DNA of 64,000 bases from contig JBAZYO010000020.1 of NCBI GenBank assembly GCA_041659285.1, positions 1,580-65,579 of the forward strand. Direction: 5' to 3'. Source of the stretch: Vicinamibacterales bacterium. Lineage in GTDB: Bacteria > Acidobacteriota > Vicinamibacteria > Vicinamibacterales > UBA2999. The notes beneath the pieces were generated by a model that did no database searches, was not told the DNA's origin, and saw nothing but the letters and a program-made list of their open reading frames with translations. This document shows positions 40,907 through 50,325 of this stretch, in pieces. The position numbers and the translations under genes were made by a program. Within the stretch, counting starts at the first letter, position 1. Each line of letters starts with the position of its first letter.

Positions 40907-41388
40907 CGGGTCCTGGGCGCACGTCTCCCAGTCGAAGGGCGGCTCCGTTCGATCAGCCCTTCGCGCAGGCCGGCCTTCTGGCGCAGCCGCGTTTCGGCGC
41001 GCGCCATCTTGCCGGCATCGGTCTCGTGGTCGTAGCCCATCAGGTGCAACAGGCCGTGGAGCGCCAGGATCTTGAGTTCCGTGCTGAGCGGATGCCCCGC
41101 GTCACGGGCCTGGCGGGCGGCCACGCCCGCCGCAATCACGATGTCGCCGAGGAACGAAGTAACGCCCGGCATGTGCGTGGCCGGAAACGACAGCACGTCC
41201 GTGGCGATGTCTTTCCCGCGGAACTGCCGGTTAAGGGCGCGCATGCGGCGGTCCGAGACCACCGCGATGCTGACGTCGCCGCGCGCCACGGCCGGCGCCG
41301 CGCGCTGGAGCCAGGCGGCCAGCCCGCGCGTGGACGGAGCCGAGGTGTCGGGAGTCGCAACGCTAACGTGTAGACGGGCCGCTGCCAT
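40903..41388 (-). CDS. ybeY: rRNA maturation endoribonuclease YbeY
   Basis: Zn-binding motif [11 protein letters not shown]. The ATG at 41388 overlaps the phoH 3' end by 26 nt. Confidence 0.9.
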   Translation of the reverse strand: MAAARLHVSVATPDTSAPSTRGLAAWLQRAAPAVARGDVSIAVVSDRRMRALNRQFRGKDIATDVLSFPATHMPGVTSFLGDIVIAAGVAARQARDAGHPLSTELKILALHGLLHLMGYDHETDAGKMARAETRLRQKAGLREGLIERSRPSTGRRAPRTR

Positions 41389-42322
41389 ATGCGTCGTACG
41401 CTTTCACAATTGCCTGCACGAGCTTGTGCCGGACGACGTCGCGCTCGTCAAAGTAGATGAAGGAGATGCCGTCTACCTTCCCCACCACTTCCATCGCCTG
41501 CACCAGGCCGGAGGTCTTGCCCATTGGCAGGTCAATCTGCGTGACGTCGCCCGTGACGACGGCCTTCGAGCCGAAGCCGAGGCGGGTCAGGAACATCTTC
41601 ATCTGCTCGCTCGTGGTGTTCTGGGCTTCATCCAGGATCACGAACGCGTCGTTGAGCGTGCGGCCGCGCATGAATGCCAGCGGCGCCACCTCAATGGTGC
41701 CCCGCTCGAGCATGCGCTCCGCCTTCTCGACGTCGAGCATGTCGTAGAGCGCGTCGTAGAGGGGGCGCAGGTACGGGTTGACCTTTTCCTGCAGGTCGCC
41801 AGGCAGGAACCCGAGCTTCTCGCCGGCCTCGACCGCCGGGCGGGCGAGCACGATGCGGCTGACCTTCTTCGCCAGCAGGTAGCTGACCGCCTGCGCCATC
41901 GCGAGATAGGTCTTGCCGGTGCCGGCGGGCCCGATGCCGAACACGATGTCGTGTTGTTCGATGGCGTCGAGATAGCGGCGCTGGTTGACCGACTTCGGCG
42001 CAATCCGCTTCTTGCCGGCCTGGCGGAGCTGGCCGTCCTTGAGAAAGTGGTCGCGCAGATCGACGGCGCCGTCGTCGACCAGCAGTTGCGACGCGGTCTT
42101 CACGTCGCGATCGGAAATGGAGTGGCCTTCGCTGATCAGGGCGCCCAGTTGCTCGACCAGGCGCGCCACCTTTGCAGTGTCCGCCGGCATGCCCTCGACC
42201 AGCAGTTCGTGGCCCTGGGTCCGGATGCGGACGTTGAGGAGGTCTTCGAGTTGCCGGAGGTTCACGTCGTAGGCCCCAAACAGGGTCGACATGCCCGCCT
42301 CGGGCACCGCTACCTTACGCAT
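41363..42322 (-). CDS. phoH: PhoH-like ATPase
   Basis: Walker [12 protein letters not shown], PhoH signature ([11 protein letters not shown]) and the classical position upstream of ybeY. Confidence 0.95.
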   Translation of the reverse strand: MRKVAVPEAGMSTLFGAYDVNLRQLEDLLNVRIRTQGHELLVEGMPADTAKVARLVEQLGALISEGHSISDRDVKTASQLLVDDGAVDLRDHFLKDGQLRQAGKKRIAPKSVNQRRYLDAIEQHDIVFGIGPAGTGKTYLAMAQAVSYLLAKKVSRIVLARPAVEAGEKLGFLPGDLQEKVNPYLRPLYDALYDMLDVEKAERMLERGTIEVAPLAFMRGRTLNDAFVILDEAQNTTSEQMKMFLTRLGFGSKAVVTGDVTQIDLPMGKTSGLVQAMEVVGKVDGISFIYFDERDVVRHKLVQAIVKAYDAYGSGPSTR

Positions 42323-42341
42323 CGACGCGGTACTGATTCGC

Positions 42342-42602
42342 CTATCTCCTTGTGTAACAAATAGTTAACGGTGCGATGTCGAGCGTAGCACCGCCGCCGG
42401 AACGGGTCAAGGTTATCACTGTCGCTGTTGGCTCGGCGCGGAGCGGAGCTACCCGCCGTTCGTTGAGCCGGTGCTGCAGCATCGGCCCAGCGACGAGCCA
42501 TCGCGACAATGTCGTCCCTGTACTACGGCCGATGCGCTGTTGGCTGCCGTCATCAAACCGGAGGGCCAACGTATACGGGCCGACGATCTCGAAGTGCTCG
42601 AC
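42342..42602 (-). pseudogene. possible DUF2442-like gene remnant (no usable start codon)
   Basis: The minus-frame translation VEHFEIVGPYTLALRFDDGSQQRI ... [14 protein letters not shown] resembles the DUF2442 pattern (V.VE..G.Y.L.L.F.DG ... W.nGaDiaPe.LY) as I recall it. No ATG/GTG/TTG lies in frame nearby. It shares wobble positions with a plus-strand frame, so strand assignment is uncertain. Confidence 0.25.
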
Positions 42603-42826
42603 GCAACGGCTCGATCTTGACGGGAGGCTTACCGGATTGCAAGTCCACGGAGAAGGGCGTGCGCAACGTAATCCGTGTGGAAGCCGAGGCCGACACCGTG
42701 AGCTTTCTGGTGAACGGCACGAAGGTGCTGGACGTGCCGCGCGCGGCGGCCGGCGCGCAAGCAGCCCTGACGAAAGCCAGAGGAATCGCCCCCTGCGGCG
42801 GTGACGAAGGGAGCCGGCGGCAGTAG
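42509..42826 (+). CDS. uncertain small ORF; only the 3' ~200 nt looks coding; its stop is 1 nt before the kinase ATG
   Basis: GC3 is high and the sequence is protein-like only from ~42650 (EKGVRNVIRVEAEADTVSFLVNGTKVLDVPRAA). The N-terminal half is Arg/Cys-rich and implausible. TAG at 42824-42826 is followed by A then the ATG of the kinase. Confidence 0.25.
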   Translation: MSSLYYGRCAVGCRHQTGGPTYTGRRSRSARRNGSILTGGLPDCKSTEKGVRNVIRVEAEADTVSFLVNGTKVLDVPRAAAGAQAALTKARGIAPCGGDEGSRRQ

Positions 42827-42827
42827 A

Positions 42828-45458
42828 ATGCGGGCTGACCGCATGAGCCTGCCGAAGGGAACCCGCCTCGGTCCGTACGAAATCCAGTCGTTGCTCGGTG
42901 CGGGCGGCATGGGACAGGTGTACCGCGCGCGCGATACACGGCTCGACCGCGCCGTGGCGGTGAAGGTGCTCCGCGCCGACGCGGCGCCGACGGCGGCCAC
43001 GCGCGAACGCTTCGAGCGGGAGGCTCGCGCCATCTCGCGTCTCTCGCATCCCCGCGTCTGCGCGCTCTTCGACGTCGGAAATGCCGACGGCATCGAGTAC
43101 CTCGTAATGGAACTGATCGAAGGCGAGACCTTGGCGGCGCACCTCGCCAAGGGGCCGCTGCCGCTGGACGAACTCCACCGCTACGGCGTTCAGATCGCCC
43201 AGGCGATTGCGGCCGCCCATCGCGAAGGCATCGTGCACCGGGACCTCAAGCCTGGCAACGTGATGCTCACGTCATCGGGCGTGAAGCTGCTGGATTTCGG
43301 CCTGGCCAAGGCCCTGCAGCCGGCGCCGACCGCCGCCGATGCCCCCACCGTCACCCCGCTCACCTCGCAGGGCACATGGCTCGGCACCGCGCCGTACATG
43401 GCGCCCGAGGTGCTCCAGGGCCGGCCCGCCGACACGCGCAGCGACCTGTTCGCGCTCGGCGCCGTGCTCCACGAAATGGCCACCGGCACGCGAGCCTTCA
43501 CCGGCGACAACGCCGCCACCATCACCGGGGCCATCCTCCACCAGGACCCGCCACCGGTGTCGTCGATCAGGCCCGAGGTGGGGCCCGCCTTTGATCGCCT
43601 CGTGCGCGAGTGCCTGGCCAAGGACCCCGACACGCGCTGGCAGTCGGCGCACGACGTGGCGCTGCAACTGGCGGCGGACGATGTCGCCGCGCGGCCCGTC
43701 GATGCGCAGCCGCGCGGGGCGCGCAGCCCGTGGCTCGGCTGGACCCTGGCAGCCATCGCGATGGTCATCGCCGTCGCCAGCCTCCTCACGCGCGATTCGA
43801 CACGGTCCGGCATCCCGGAGCGGCTCGACCTGCACGTCAACCCGCCGACCCGCGCCTTTGCGTACAACGCCGATATGGTCACGTTTGCCATCTCGCCCGA
43901 TGGCCGCGACCTGGCGTTTGTCGCCACCGATGGCGACGGAGTCCGTCGCGCATGGCTGCGACGCCTGACGGCGGTCGACGCGAAGCCCCTGCCGGGCACG
44001 GAAGGAGCCGAGTCGGTGTTCTGGTCGCCCGATGGCAGCGCCCTCGCGTTCTTCGCCGGCGGGATGTTGAGGCGGCTCGACCTGACCACGGGCGTGGCAC
44101 TTCCCCTCGCCGAGGTACCTCGGGGAAGCGGGCTTTCTGGCACCTGGGGCGCCAACGGAGAAATCCTCTTCGCCAGCTCGGAAGGCCAGGCCATCTACCG
44201 CGTGACCACCGCCGGCGGGCCCGCGACGGTGCTCGTCAAGCCAGATCCGGCTCGCGGCGAGACGAAGGTGCAGTTCCCGCACCACCTGCCGGATGGCCGG
44301 TCGTATCTGTACTTGCTGAACACGGCTGATGGCCGGTGGCTTCAACGGGCGGCGCCCGGCGAGGCGGCTGTGCGTGTCGGGCCGATTGAGTCAAACGTGG
44401 CGTATCTCGACAGCGGACACCTGGTGTTCGCCAAGCACGGCACGCTGATGGCCCAGCGGTTCGACGCAGCAACCGGCCAGCTGGCTGGCGAGCCGATCGC
44501 AATGGCCCCCCAGGTCCGCTTCTTCCTGACCACGGGCGCCGCCGCCTTTGCGGCCTCGCGAAGCGGGTCGATCGTGTACCAAGCCCAGCGTGACCGCTCG
44601 CGGCTGGCCTGGGTCGACCGGGCCGGGCACGAGGGCGGCTCGGTGGGATCACCGGGAGACGACATCAGCCTTCGCATCACACCGTCGGGCCAGGCGGCGC
44701 TGCTGAGCCGCGCCCTGCCAAGCACCGGGACCTTCGACGTGTGGTCGGTCGATCTCAGCCGCGGCACCGAATCGCGGCTCACGCCGGAAGATGTGCGCAC
44801 GGAAGTGTATCCGGTCCCAGTGCCCGGGACCGACGACGTGATCTACGGCGTCCCCGTCGGGAACGCGCCGCGGCTCAACCGTCACAACCTGGCGACCAGC
44901 AAGACCGAGGTGCTGTTGCCGGGCACCCGATTTCAGATTGCCAGCGATGTATCTCCAGACGGAACGCGGCTGGCATACTCGGAGCGCGGGGACAACGGCA
45001 ACTTCGTTCTCTGGACACTCCCGCTGGCGGAACCGTCGAAGGCCACGGTGCTGCGCCGCTCCAGGGCCAACGAAGGAAGCCTGCGCTACTCCCCTGACGG
45101 ACGGCACTACACCTTCACCTCCACCGAGTCAGGCCGCCAGGAGATCTACGTAGCGGCGGTGGCGGGCGGCGCGGCCGTGCCCGTGTCGGTCGGCGGAGCC
45201 GTGATGGCGAGGTGGCCGCCCGACGGCCGGGAGATCATCTACCTGTCGCTTGATCGCCGGCTCGTCTCGGTACCGTTCCGATCGGCGCCGGCCATCACCC
45301 TGGGGGTGGCTGTCACGCTGTTCGGCGTTGGGGAGAAGGGCTGGATCGACTTCGACCTCGCCCCCGATGGCAAACGGTTCCTGGCCATCGTCCCTGACCT
45401 GGTGGCCGACGAGCAGCCGCTCACGGCGATCCTGAATTGGCGCGGCGCTCCGCGCTAG
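42828..45458 (+). CDS. serine/threonine protein kinase with TM helix and C-terminal TolB-like beta-propeller repeats
   Basis: Hanks kinase motifs (GAGGMGQVYRARD, AVKVL, HRDLKPGNVML, DFGLAK, APE), a TM segment WLGWTLAAIAMVIAVASLL, then repeated SPDG/ PDGR propeller blades. Start at 42828 or 42843. Confidence 0.9.
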   Translation: MRADRMSLPKGTRLGPYEIQSLLGAGGMGQVYRARDTRLDRAVAVKVLRADAAPTAATRERFEREARAISRLSHPRVCALFDVGNADGIEYLVMELIEGETLAAHLAKGPLPLDELHRYGVQIAQAIAAAHREGIVHRDLKPGNVMLTSSGVKLLDFGLAKALQPAPTAADAPTVTPLTSQGTWLGTAPYMAPEVLQGRPADTRSDLFALGAVLHEMATGTRAFTGDNAATITGAILHQDPPPVSSIRPEVGPAFDRLVRECLAKDPDTRWQSAHDVALQLAADDVAARPVDAQPRGARSPWLGWTLAAIAMVIAVASLLTRDSTRSGIPERLDLHVNPPTRAFAYNADMVTFAISPDGRDLAFVATDGDGVRRAWLRRLTAVDAKPLPGTEGAESVFWSPDGSALAFFAGGMLRRLDLTTGVALPLAEVPRGSGLSGTWGANGEILFASSEGQAIYRVTTAGGPATVLVKPDPARGETKVQFPHHLPDGRSYLYLLNTADGRWLQRAAPGEAAVRVGPIESNVAYLDSGHLVFAKHGTLMAQRFDAATGQLAGEPIAMAPQVRFFLTTGAAAFAASRSGSIVYQAQRDRSRLAWVDRAGHEGGSVGSPGDDISLRITPSGQAALLSRALPSTGTFDVWSVDLSRGTESRLTPEDVRTEVYPVPVPGTDDVIYGVPVGNAPRLNRHNLATSKTEVLLPGTRFQIASDVSPDGTRLAYSERGDNGNFVLWTLPLAEPSKATVLRRSRANEGSLRYSPDGRHYTFTSTESGRQEIYVAAVAGGAAVPVSVGGAVMARWPPDGREIIYLSLDRRLVSVPFRSAPAITLGVAVTLFGVGEKGWIDFDLAPDGKRFLAIVPDLVADEQPLTAILNWRGAPR

Positions 45459-45460
45459 AT

Positions 45461-45514
45461 CCTGAGTCCTTACGATCCTACCTATGAAGGCATTCCAGTA
45501 GGCACCCACTCAGG
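45461..45514. terminator. nested hairpin between convergent kinase and aspS genes (possible bidirectional terminator / decayed REP)
   Basis: Outer IR CCTGAGT (45461-45467) / ACTCAGG (45508-45514) and inner IR CCTAC (45477-45481) / GTAGG (45498-45502). GTAGGCACCC resembles the class-A REP head. No U-tract. Confidence 0.3.
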
Positions 45515-47276
45515 CGATGGGCTTGATATGCAGCTCACGCATCTGGCGCGGATCTACGGAGGACGGCGCGTCGCACATCAAATCCACGGCCTGCGTGGTC
45601 TTCGGGAACGGGATGACCTCGCGGATCGACGTCTCGCCCGCCAGCAGCGCGCAAATGCGGTCGAGGCCGAGGGCCAGGCCGCCGTGCGGCGGCGTGCCGT
45701 ACTCCAGGGATTCGAGGAAGAAGCCGAACCGGTTCTTCGCATCCTCGTCCGACAGCCCCAGCAGGCGGAACACGTTGGCCTGGGTTTCGCGGTCGTGGAT
45801 ACGGATGCTGCCGCCCCCCAACTCCCATCCGTTGAGGATGACGTCGTAGGCCTTGGCCATCACCTTGCCGGGATCCGACTGCAGCAGGTGCAGGTCTTCC
45901 TCGCGCGGCGCGGTGAAAGGATGGTTTACCGAATCCCAGCGCTTCTCGCCGGCGTTCCAGTCGAACAGCGGGAAGTCCGTGACCCAGGTCAGCTCCCACT
46001 TGCCGGCCGGGATCAGGTTCTGTTTTTTCGCAACCTGCAGGCGGAGTTGGCCGAGCACCTTCGACGCCGCGTCGGGGGCGCCCGAGGCCAGCACCAGCAG
46101 GTCCTCCTTCGATGCGCCTGACGCCTCGAGCACCGTGCGCGTGCCCTCCTCGCCAATCGCCTTCGCCGACGCCTGCACGCCCTCGGCGGTGTGGCGCGCG
46201 TAAATGAGTCCGGCGGCGCCCAACTGCTTCGCCTGTTCGACCAGTTCATCGACCTCGCGCCGCGAGAACTTCGCCGCGCCGGGAATCACGAAGCCGCGGA
46301 TGGTGCCGCCATGGGCGACGGCTTCGCGGAAGATGCCGAACGGCGACTCGGCGAAGAGCGGCCCGAAGTCCTGGATCTCGAGGCCGAACCGCAGGTCCGG
46401 CTTGTCGGAGCCGTACTTCGCCATGGCCTCGGCATACGCCATGCGACGGAAGGGGCGCGGGATGTCCACGCCGATCTCCTTGAAGCACGCCGCCAGCGCG
46501 CCCTCGACGATCTCGTACACCATCGGCGGCGTCGCGAACGACATCTCGAGGTCCACCTGCGTGAACTCGAGCTGCCGATCGGCACGCAGCGCCTCGTCGC
46601 GGAAACAGCGGGCGATCTGCACGTAGCGATCGAAGCCGGCGATCATCAGGATCTGCTTGAAGATCTGCGGCGACTGCGGCAGCGCGTAGAACTCGCCCGG
46701 GTGCACGCGGCTTGGCACCAGGAAGTCGCGCGCGCCCTCGGGCGTTGACTTGGTCAGGATCGGCGTTTCGATCTCGTAGAAGCCGTGTTCGTCGAAGTAC
46801 TTGCGCAGCGCGATCGTGATGCGGTGCCGCAGGGCCAGGTTGTGCTGCAACTGCGGGCGCCGCAGGTCGAGATAGCGATACTTCAGCCGGGTCTCTTCCG
46901 AGACGTTCTGGTCTTCCGCAATCGAGAACGGCGGCGTCTTGGCCTCGTTGAGAATGCGCACTTCTTTCGCGCGCACCTCGACCTCGCCGGTGGGCAGCGA
47001 CAGGTTGATGGTCTCGGGCGATCGCCGCTCGGCCTCGCCAAGAATCGCGACCACGAACTCGGAGCGGATGCGCTTGACGCGCTCGAGCAGCGCCTCGTCG
47101 CCTTCGACAATGACCTGGGTCAGGCCGTGGCGATCGCGCACGTCGAGAAACAACAGCGACCCGAGGTCGCGGACACGGTGCACCCACCCCAGCAGGACGA
47201 CGTCCTGGCCGACGTCAACGGGGCGCAGGGCGCCACAAGTGTGCGTGCGAGCGAGCGATCCGAGCTGTTCAGCCAT
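45510..47276 (-). CDS. aspS: aspartate--tRNA ligase
   Basis: Class II synthetase motifs (FRDE, GGGSIRIH, GLDRI) and full-length AspS architecture with an OB anticodon-binding N-terminus. Confidence 0.97.
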   Translation of the reverse strand: MAEQLGSLARTHTCGALRPVDVGQDVVLLGWVHRVRDLGSLLFLDVRDRHGLTQVIVEGDEALLERVKRIRSEFVVAILGEAERRSPETINLSLPTGEVEVRAKEVRILNEAKTPPFSIAEDQNVSEETRLKYRYLDLRRPQLQHNLALRHRITIALRKYFDEHGFYEIETPILTKSTPEGARDFLVPSRVHPGEFYALPQSPQIFKQILMIAGFDRYVQIARCFRDEALRADRQLEFTQVDLEMSFATPPMVYEIVEGALAACFKEIGVDIPRPFRRMAYAEAMAKYGSDKPDLRFGLEIQDFGPLFAESPFGIFREAVAHGGTIRGFVIPGAAKFSRREVDELVEQAKQLGAAGLIYARHTAEGVQASAKAIGEEGTRTVLEASGASKEDLLVLASGAPDAASKVLGQLRLQVAKKQNLIPAGKWELTWVTDFPLFDWNAGEKRWDSVNHPFTAPREEDLHLLQSDPGKVMAKAYDVILNGWELGGGSIRIHDRETQANVFRLLGLSDEDAKNRFGFFLESLEYGTPPHGGLALGLDRICALLAGETSIREVIPFPKTTQAVDLMCDAPSSVDPRQMRELHIKPIA

Positions 47277-47285
47277 TGTCTCTTC

Positions 47286-47339
47286 TGTAGCCTCCGGCTT
47301 CCGCCGGCTTCGTAATGTAGCCTCCGGCTTTAGCCGGAG
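47286..47339. repeat. two class-B REP-like units (TGTAGCCTCCGGC-TTCC-GCCGG degenerate; TGTAGCCTCCGGC-TTTA-GCCGGAG)
   Basis: Lies between the hisS stop and the aspS start. The hisS stop TAA (47330-47332) sits in the TTTA/TAAA loop. Confidence 0.9.
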
Positions 47340-48709
47340 ATCAAGGTCTTCAGATACGCGGCCACATCGGCCCGCGGTCGTTGTTCGTCCTGGCGCGTCG
47401 CGAGAGTGCGAACAGTCACAGTACCTGCTTCCAGCTCGGGTTTTCCAATGACCGCTGCAAATGGAATACCCCTCGCCTGCGCATACTGGAACTGCTTGAC
47501 GATGACGCCCTTCTGATTATCTTCGGCCGGCGCCTCAGGATAGAGCTCGACGCGCAGGCCCGCCGCCCGCAGCTCGGTGGCCAGCGCCAGGTAGAGCTCG
47601 GTGCGCCCGGCGAACCACTGCACGACCATGACGTCAGCGGGCGTGGCCACCAGGGACGGCGGGAACATGTTGCGCTCCCCCATCACTACCAGGATGCGTT
47701 CGAGCCCCAGCGAAATGCCGCAGGCGGGCACGTCCTCGCCCGAGAACATGCCGATCAGGTTGTCGTAGCGGCCGCCGCCACCGAGGCTGCCGGCGAGGTC
47801 GGGCACGGCAATCTCGAAGATCGACCCGGTGTAGTACGACAGGCCACGGGCCAGGCTGGGATCGATCCGGATGCGGGAGGCCGCGCCCGTGGCGCCGCTC
47901 AACCGGACAATCTCCTGCAGCTCCGCCACGCCGGCGGCGCCGTCAGCCGAGACCAGGCCGGTCAGGCGCGCGAGGGTCTCGCGATTAAAGCGCGCCGGGT
48001 CCTGGTCGGCATCGGCCGCGGCCGCCTGGACGGCGGTGAAGAACTCGAGAATGAGCGAGGCGCCGCTGAACGGAATGCCACGGGCCTCGAACTCGGCGGC
48101 GACGCCGTCGCGCCCGATCTTGTCCAGCTTGTCGATGGCCACCAGCGCGTCGTTGTGCAGGTGCGACGGCACGCCGCCCGCGTCCAGCATGCCGGTGAGC
48201 ACGCGCCGGTGATTCAGGCGGATGGTGAAGTTGGCAAAGCCCAGCCGCGTCAGCACATCGTTCGCCGCTGCCAGCAGTTCGGCTTCGACGACCATCGCCT
48301 TCGAGCCGATGGCGTCGACATCGCACTGATAGAACTCGCGGAAGCGGCCCTTCTGCGGGCGGTCGGCGCGCCACACCGGTTGCACTTGATAGCGCTTGAA
48401 GAACTTCGGCAGCCTGGCGCGATACTCCGCGACGACGCGGGCCAGTGGCACCGTCAGGTCGTAGCGCAGCGCCAGGTCGGCCTGCCCGGTTTCCGCGCCC
48501 TCGCCGCGCTTGAGAATCTTGAAGATGAGGCGGTCGCCCTCTTCGCCGTATTTCCCCTGGAGCGTTTCGAGGTTTTCGACCGACGGGGTCTCGAGCGGCT
48601 CGAACCCGTACTGCTGGTAGACGTCGGCGATCACGCCGATCACATGGCGGCGCTTGCGCACGTCTTCCGGCAGGAAGTCGCGCATGCCGCGGGCAGGTCC
48701 GGTGTTCAT
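47330..48709 (-). CDS. hisS: histidine--tRNA ligase
   Basis: N-terminal RGMRDFLP, class II motifs and the HisS anticodon-binding domain. Its start overlaps the upstream gene's stop. Confidence 0.97.
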   Translation of the reverse strand: MNTGPARGMRDFLPEDVRKRRHVIGVIADVYQQYGFEPLETPSVENLETLQGKYGEEGDRLIFKILKRGEGAETGQADLALRYDLTVPLARVVAEYRARLPKFFKRYQVQPVWRADRPQKGRFREFYQCDVDAIGSKAMVVEAELLAAANDVLTRLGFANFTIRLNHRRVLTGMLDAGGVPSHLHNDALVAIDKLDKIGRDGVAAEFEARGIPFSGASLILEFFTAVQAAAADADQDPARFNRETLARLTGLVSADGAAGVAELQEIVRLSGATGAASRIRIDPSLARGLSYYTGSIFEIAVPDLAGSLGGGGRYDNLIGMFSGEDVPACGISLGLERILVVMGERNMFPPSLVATPADVMVVQWFAGRTELYLALATELRAAGLRVELYPEAPAEDNQKGVIVKQFQYAQARGIPFAAVIGKPELEAGTVTVRTLATRQDEQRPRADVAAYLKTLISG

Positions 48710-49212
48710 GCCAGGTAATCCAGGCGATAGTTCACGTAGTTGTCCGCATACCAGCGAATCTCGGCGACTTCTTCGTCGGTGAGCTGGCGCTTCACCTTCC
48801 CCGGCCGGCCCATCACCAGCGAGCGGGCGGGAATGCGCGTGCCCTCGGTCAGCAGCGTGCCGGCGGCGATCACGCAGTCCGACTCGACATGCACGCCGTT
48901 GAGCAGCACCGCCGCCATGCCCACCAGGACGCGATCCTCGATCGTGGTCCCGTGCACCACCGCCGAGTGCCCGATCGTCACCTCGTTGCCGATGATCGTC
49001 GGATGCGTGTCGCGCATCACGTGGATCATCGTCAGGTCCTGGATGTTGGTGCGGGCGCCGATGCGGATGCGGTTGACGTCGCCGCGAATGACGACGTTCA
49101 TCCAGACCGAAGACTCGGCGCCAATCTCGACGTCGCCAATCACCTGGGCGCTCTGGTCAACGTAGCTGCCGGCCGCCACGAGCGGAGTCCGGCCCTTGAA
49201 TGAACGAATCAC
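48706..49212 (-). CDS. gamma-carbonic-anhydrase-like hexapeptide-repeat protein (YrdA/PaaY family)
   Basis: Left-handed beta-helix hexapeptide repeats with His ligands (IHVMRDTHPTIIGNEVTIGHSAVVHG). Confidence 0.85.
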   Translation of the reverse strand: MIRSFKGRTPLVAAGSYVDQSAQVIGDVEIGAESSVWMNVVIRGDVNRIRIGARTNIQDLTMIHVMRDTHPTIIGNEVTIGHSAVVHGTTIEDRVLVGMAAVLLNGVHVESDCVIAAGTLLTEGTRIPARSLVMGRPGKVKRQLTDEEVAEIRWYADNYVNYRLDYLA

Positions 49213-49235
49213 GAGATCACCAGCTCACCAAATCA

Positions 49236-49790
49236 CTAAATCTTGGGAAGCGTAACCCCGCGCTGCGCCTGGTACTTGCCCTTCTTGTCCTTGTAGGAGA
49301 TCTCGCACGGCTCGTCACTCTGGAAGAACAGCACCTGCGCGATGCCCTCGTTGGCGTAGATCTTCGCCGGGAGCGGGGTCGTGTTCGAAATCTCGATCGT
49401 GACGTGCCCTTCCCACTCCGGCTCGAAGGGCGTGACGTTGACGATGATGCCGCAGCGCGCGTAGGTGGACTTGCCGAGGCAGATCGTCAGCACGTCACGG
49501 GGAATCCGGAAGTACTCCACCGTCGACGCCAGCGCGAAGGAATTCGGCGGGACGATGCATTCATCGCCGGTGATGTCGACAAACGACTTGGGGTCGAAGT
49601 TCTTCGGGTCCACCACCGTGTTGTAGACGTTGGTGAACACCTTGAACTCGTTGCCGACGCGGCAGTCGTAGCCGTACGACGAGACGCCGTACGACACCAC
49701 GCCCGCGCGCACCTGCCGATCCTCGAACGGCTCGATCATGCCGTGCTCGAGGGCCATCTTGCGAATCCACCGGTCCGGCTTAATCGACAT
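49236..49790 (-). CDS. dcd: dCTP deaminase
   Basis: [23 protein letters not shown]-terminus and dUTPase-like fold motifs. Start moved to the ATG at 49790. Confidence 0.95.
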   Translation of the reverse strand: MSIKPDRWIRKMALEHGMIEPFEDRQVRAGVVSYGVSSYGYDCRVGNEFKVFTNVYNTVVDPKNFDPKSFVDITGDECIVPPNSFALASTVEYFRIPRDVLTICLGKSTYARCGIIVNVTPFEPEWEGHVTIEISNTTPLPAKIYANEGIAQVLFFQSDEPCEISYKDKKGKYQAQRGVTLPKI

Positions 49791-49801
49791 GCGCCTCACC
49801 C

Positions 49802-49825
49802 GGCACCCCTAAAGGGGTGCCCTAC
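49802..49825. repeat. class-A REP hairpin (GGCACCCC-TAAA-GGGGTGCC-CTAC)
   Basis: Perfect 8-bp stem. The ndk stop TAG (49822-49824) is part of the GTAG head on the minus strand. Confidence 0.9.
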
Positions 49826-50232
49826 AGTTCCATTCCGCGGAAGAAATAGCCGAGTTCGAAGGCGGCGGTGTCCGGCGCGTCCGAGCCGTGCGTCGCGTTG
49901 TTGTCGATCGACGCGCCGAAGTCCTTGCGCATCGTGCCGGCCTCGGCCTTGGCCGGGTCGGTCGCGCCCATCAGGTCGCGCCACTTCTTGATCGCGTCCG
50001 GAGCCTCGCGGCACAGCACGACGCACCGGCCCGACGACATGAAGTCGGTGAGGCCGCCGAAGAACGGCCGCGCCTGGTGCACGTGGTAGAAGCCCTCGGC
50101 CTCGGCCTTGCTCATGTGGATCATGCGCATGCCGACAACGCGGAACCCGGCCCCTTCGATGCGAGCGAGAATCTGTCCGGCGACGCCCTTCTTGACGGCG
50201 TCCGGCTTAATGATGGCAAACGTTCTTTCCAT
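49822..50232 (-). CDS. ndk: nucleoside-diphosphate kinase
   Basis: [14 protein letters not shown]-terminus and the active-site NATHGSD. Confidence 0.97.
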   Translation of the reverse strand: MERTFAIIKPDAVKKGVAGQILARIEGAGFRVVGMRMIHMSKAEAEGFYHVHQARPFFGGLTDFMSSGRCVVLCREAPDAIKKWRDLMGATDPAKAEAGTMRKDFGASIDNNATHGSDAPDTAAFELGYFFRGMEL

Positions 50233-50325
50233 ATCCGCACAATTATATCCGCCTACGCTTGGGTTTGATCAGCCAAGCTTCGGCGAGACCTCGCCGTAGC
50301 GGCCGAAGGCCGCGGAGGCGGGTCT

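Noticed and set aside
42376-42804. 142-aa plus-strand ORF in the phoH/kinase gap, considered as a real gene.
   Set aside because: The translation is Arg/Ser/Cys-rich with no motif. It shares wobble positions with the minus-strand DUF2442-like frame, so its apparent codon bias is not independent evidence. The region is left as unresolved in the findings.
47277-47329. T-box or other tRNA-sensing leader for aspS, and likewise upstream of hisS and pheA.
   Set aside because: No T-box consensus (AAUUAGGGUGGNACCGCG-like) or specifier-loop architecture is present. The hisS-aspS spacer is only 53 nt and consists of two REP units. The hisS start overlaps the upstream gene.
50281-50325. Hairpins downstream of pheA (GGCGAG-ACC-TCGCC and GTAG-CGGCC-GAA-GGCCG) considered as a terminator or further REP copy.
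   Set aside because: The stems are stable, but there is no U-tract and the loop differs from the TTTA family. With a single copy, the evidence is insufficient for either call.
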